NCBI GenBank assembly: GCA_964016885.1
Contig: OZ024740.1
Coordinates: 298,468,001 to 298,532,000, forward strand
From: Eledone cirrhosa
Taxonomy: Eukaryota
Length of the DNA stretch: 64,000 bases
Direction of reading: 5' to 3'
The translations under genes and the position numbers were made by a program. Below, in pieces: positions 62,341-64,000 of this stretch. Each line of letters opens with the position of its first letter. Within the stretch, counting starts at the first letter, position 1. The notes below the pieces were generated by a model that saw only the letters and a list, made by a program, of their open reading frames with translations, did no database searches and had not been told where the DNA came from.

Positions 62341-62446
62341 ATATTTAATGAAAGTCGTAAAAAATAAATAATTTAAACATTCCGATTCATATGTCTAAAT
62401 TTATTTATTTTAAATAAATTTATTTATATTAGACATATTATGTGTT

Positions 62447-63765
62447 AGATTCCTGGACTTCCACACGGGAATATACCGCGATGATGGACTGACCTTATTG
62501 AGCCATAAAAGTGGTCACGACCTCGACCGGTTTAAAAAAGACTTAGCTTCTACCTTCAATGAGTTAGGACTTAGGATAACAGTAGCTACCAACCTCGCTA
62601 GCGTAGATTTCTTAGACATTAATTTAGACCTTTGCACACACACCTACAGACCCTTCCATAAGCTTAACGAAAAAGTCAATTACATTTACATTCACAAGGA
62701 CTACCCTCCCACTGTTTTTAGAAACTTCGTAAATAATATCAGTACTAGAATCTCAAACCGCTCCTCTAATAATGCTATCTTTGACAGAGCGGCACCCTAC
62801 TATAACACAGCGTTAGCTAACAGCGGCTTCTCGCAACCTATCACTTACTCTCTCACTATCAACAACAGTAATAAGAAAAGAAAGCGTAACAATAGACAAA
62901 CTATCAACGTTAACACCAATGTAGGCAAAAAATTTCTAGCCCTCTTAGATAGACACTTCCCCATAGGTCACAAATACCGCTCCATCTTTAACCGACACAA
63001 AGTAAAACTAGCATACTCCTGTGCTAAGAACATGAAGGCCCACATCACCAACAGCCCTAAGAGCAACACCCCACCAGGGTGCTCTTGCCGTAAGCCCTAA
63101 GCTTGTCCCCTTCAACAGCAATGCAACACACCTGCTGTAGTTTATGAAGCTGTGGTCACTTCTAACCGACCAAATCAACCACAGGAGGTCAAATCCTATG
63201 TGGGTATGGCAGAGGGCCTATTTAAGGAACGCTTCCTGAACTACCAGTCGACCTTTAGGTACCCGGACAGACGTTCATCCACGAAACTCGCGAGCCACGT
63301 ATGGTCCCTCAAGGACTCAAGTATAGACTACTCCATTCAATGGAAAGCCATTACTAAGTCCAAGCCATACACAAGGGGCAATCCGTCGTGTGGACTATGT
63401 ATTGATGAACGAATAAATATTCTAAAGAGATTACGCAATAGTGATTGCCTAAACTTGAGAAATGAATTCTTTACACATTGTCCACACGTCTGGAAACACC
63501 TCTTACACAACTACAAAGTTCCGGATTGAATTACAACATCCTAATTTTCTTATCAACTAGAAACTTTTGGACTTTCGCAGTTATCTCCCTTACACCTCTC
63601 GCACGCAATTTAGTATTGCCTGTGTGAAGTGACCGGTTTCTGCGCATGCACGTTCATATGGTTGTCCTTCCTGTTTCGTATATCCATGTCCATTACGAAC
63701 TGAGGATCCGCTAAGGTGAAACAATTGTTCTCGGTATGGTGAACTAACTGTTGTGTAACTACTTA
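62447..63765 (+). mobile_element. Penelope-like element, 5'-truncated (RT C-terminal half, GIY-YIG, pLTR)
   Basis: GIYRDDGL, VDFLDINLDL..YRPFHK, KVKLAYSC, VVYEA..SYVGM..FKERF, CGLCIDER, RNE..CPH; one in-frame stop at 63098-63100. Confidence 0.93.
63690..63739 (+). ncRNA. Minimal hammerhead-like motif in PLE pLTR
   Basis: CCAT..CGAA-CTGAGGA(63700-63706)-T-CC-gctaa-GG-T-GAAA(63718-63721)-CAATTG-TT-CTCG..ATGG; palindromic AACAATTGTT; one stem I mismatch. Confidence 0.65.
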
Positions 63766-64000
63766 TATATCATCATCATCATCATTTCATTTTATGTCCG
63801 CTGTTTCCCTGCTTGCAAGAGTGGGACGGCAACTGATTCTGGCTTGATTTCTACAGCTGGATGCCCTTCCTAACACCAACCTCATTTACAGTGAGTGCTG
63901 GGTGCTTTTTTTGCCGTGGCACCTCCACGACCACTGTGCAGTGGAGTGATATGGACCCCAGTCCCTATCATCTCATTTCTACAGCTGAGTAAACTGGAGC

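Overview
Eukaryotic, AT-rich, very repeat-dense DNA whose SINE/RTE content is typical of an octopod cephalopod (inference). The only host coding sequence I can support is two small + strand exons of PNPT1 (mitochondrial polynucleotide phosphorylase; 8027-8090 and 15927-15974). The rest appears to be giant introns filled with nested mobile DNA. That includes RTE LINEs (one near full length), a GC-rich CRE-clade RT/REL retrotransposon, Penelope-like (PLE) fragments, Helitron fossils and non-autonomous Helitrons, TTAA piggyBac MITEs, a solo LTR, tRNA-derived SINEs and a 3.1-kb ~47-bp satellite. The most striking unannotated signal is a set of nine type I hammerhead-ribozyme-like motifs from about seven unrelated sequence families. 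Two sit directly downstream of PLE GIY-YIG ORFs. Most of the others lie in small (~140-425 bp) non-coding, (TA)n-flanked, terminally redundant or inverted units that look like retrozymes or solo pLTRs. Two unrelated units share an octamer (ATGCAAAT) / AG-GTAAG / hammerhead layout. All calls were made by eye, and boundaries of decayed elements are approximate.
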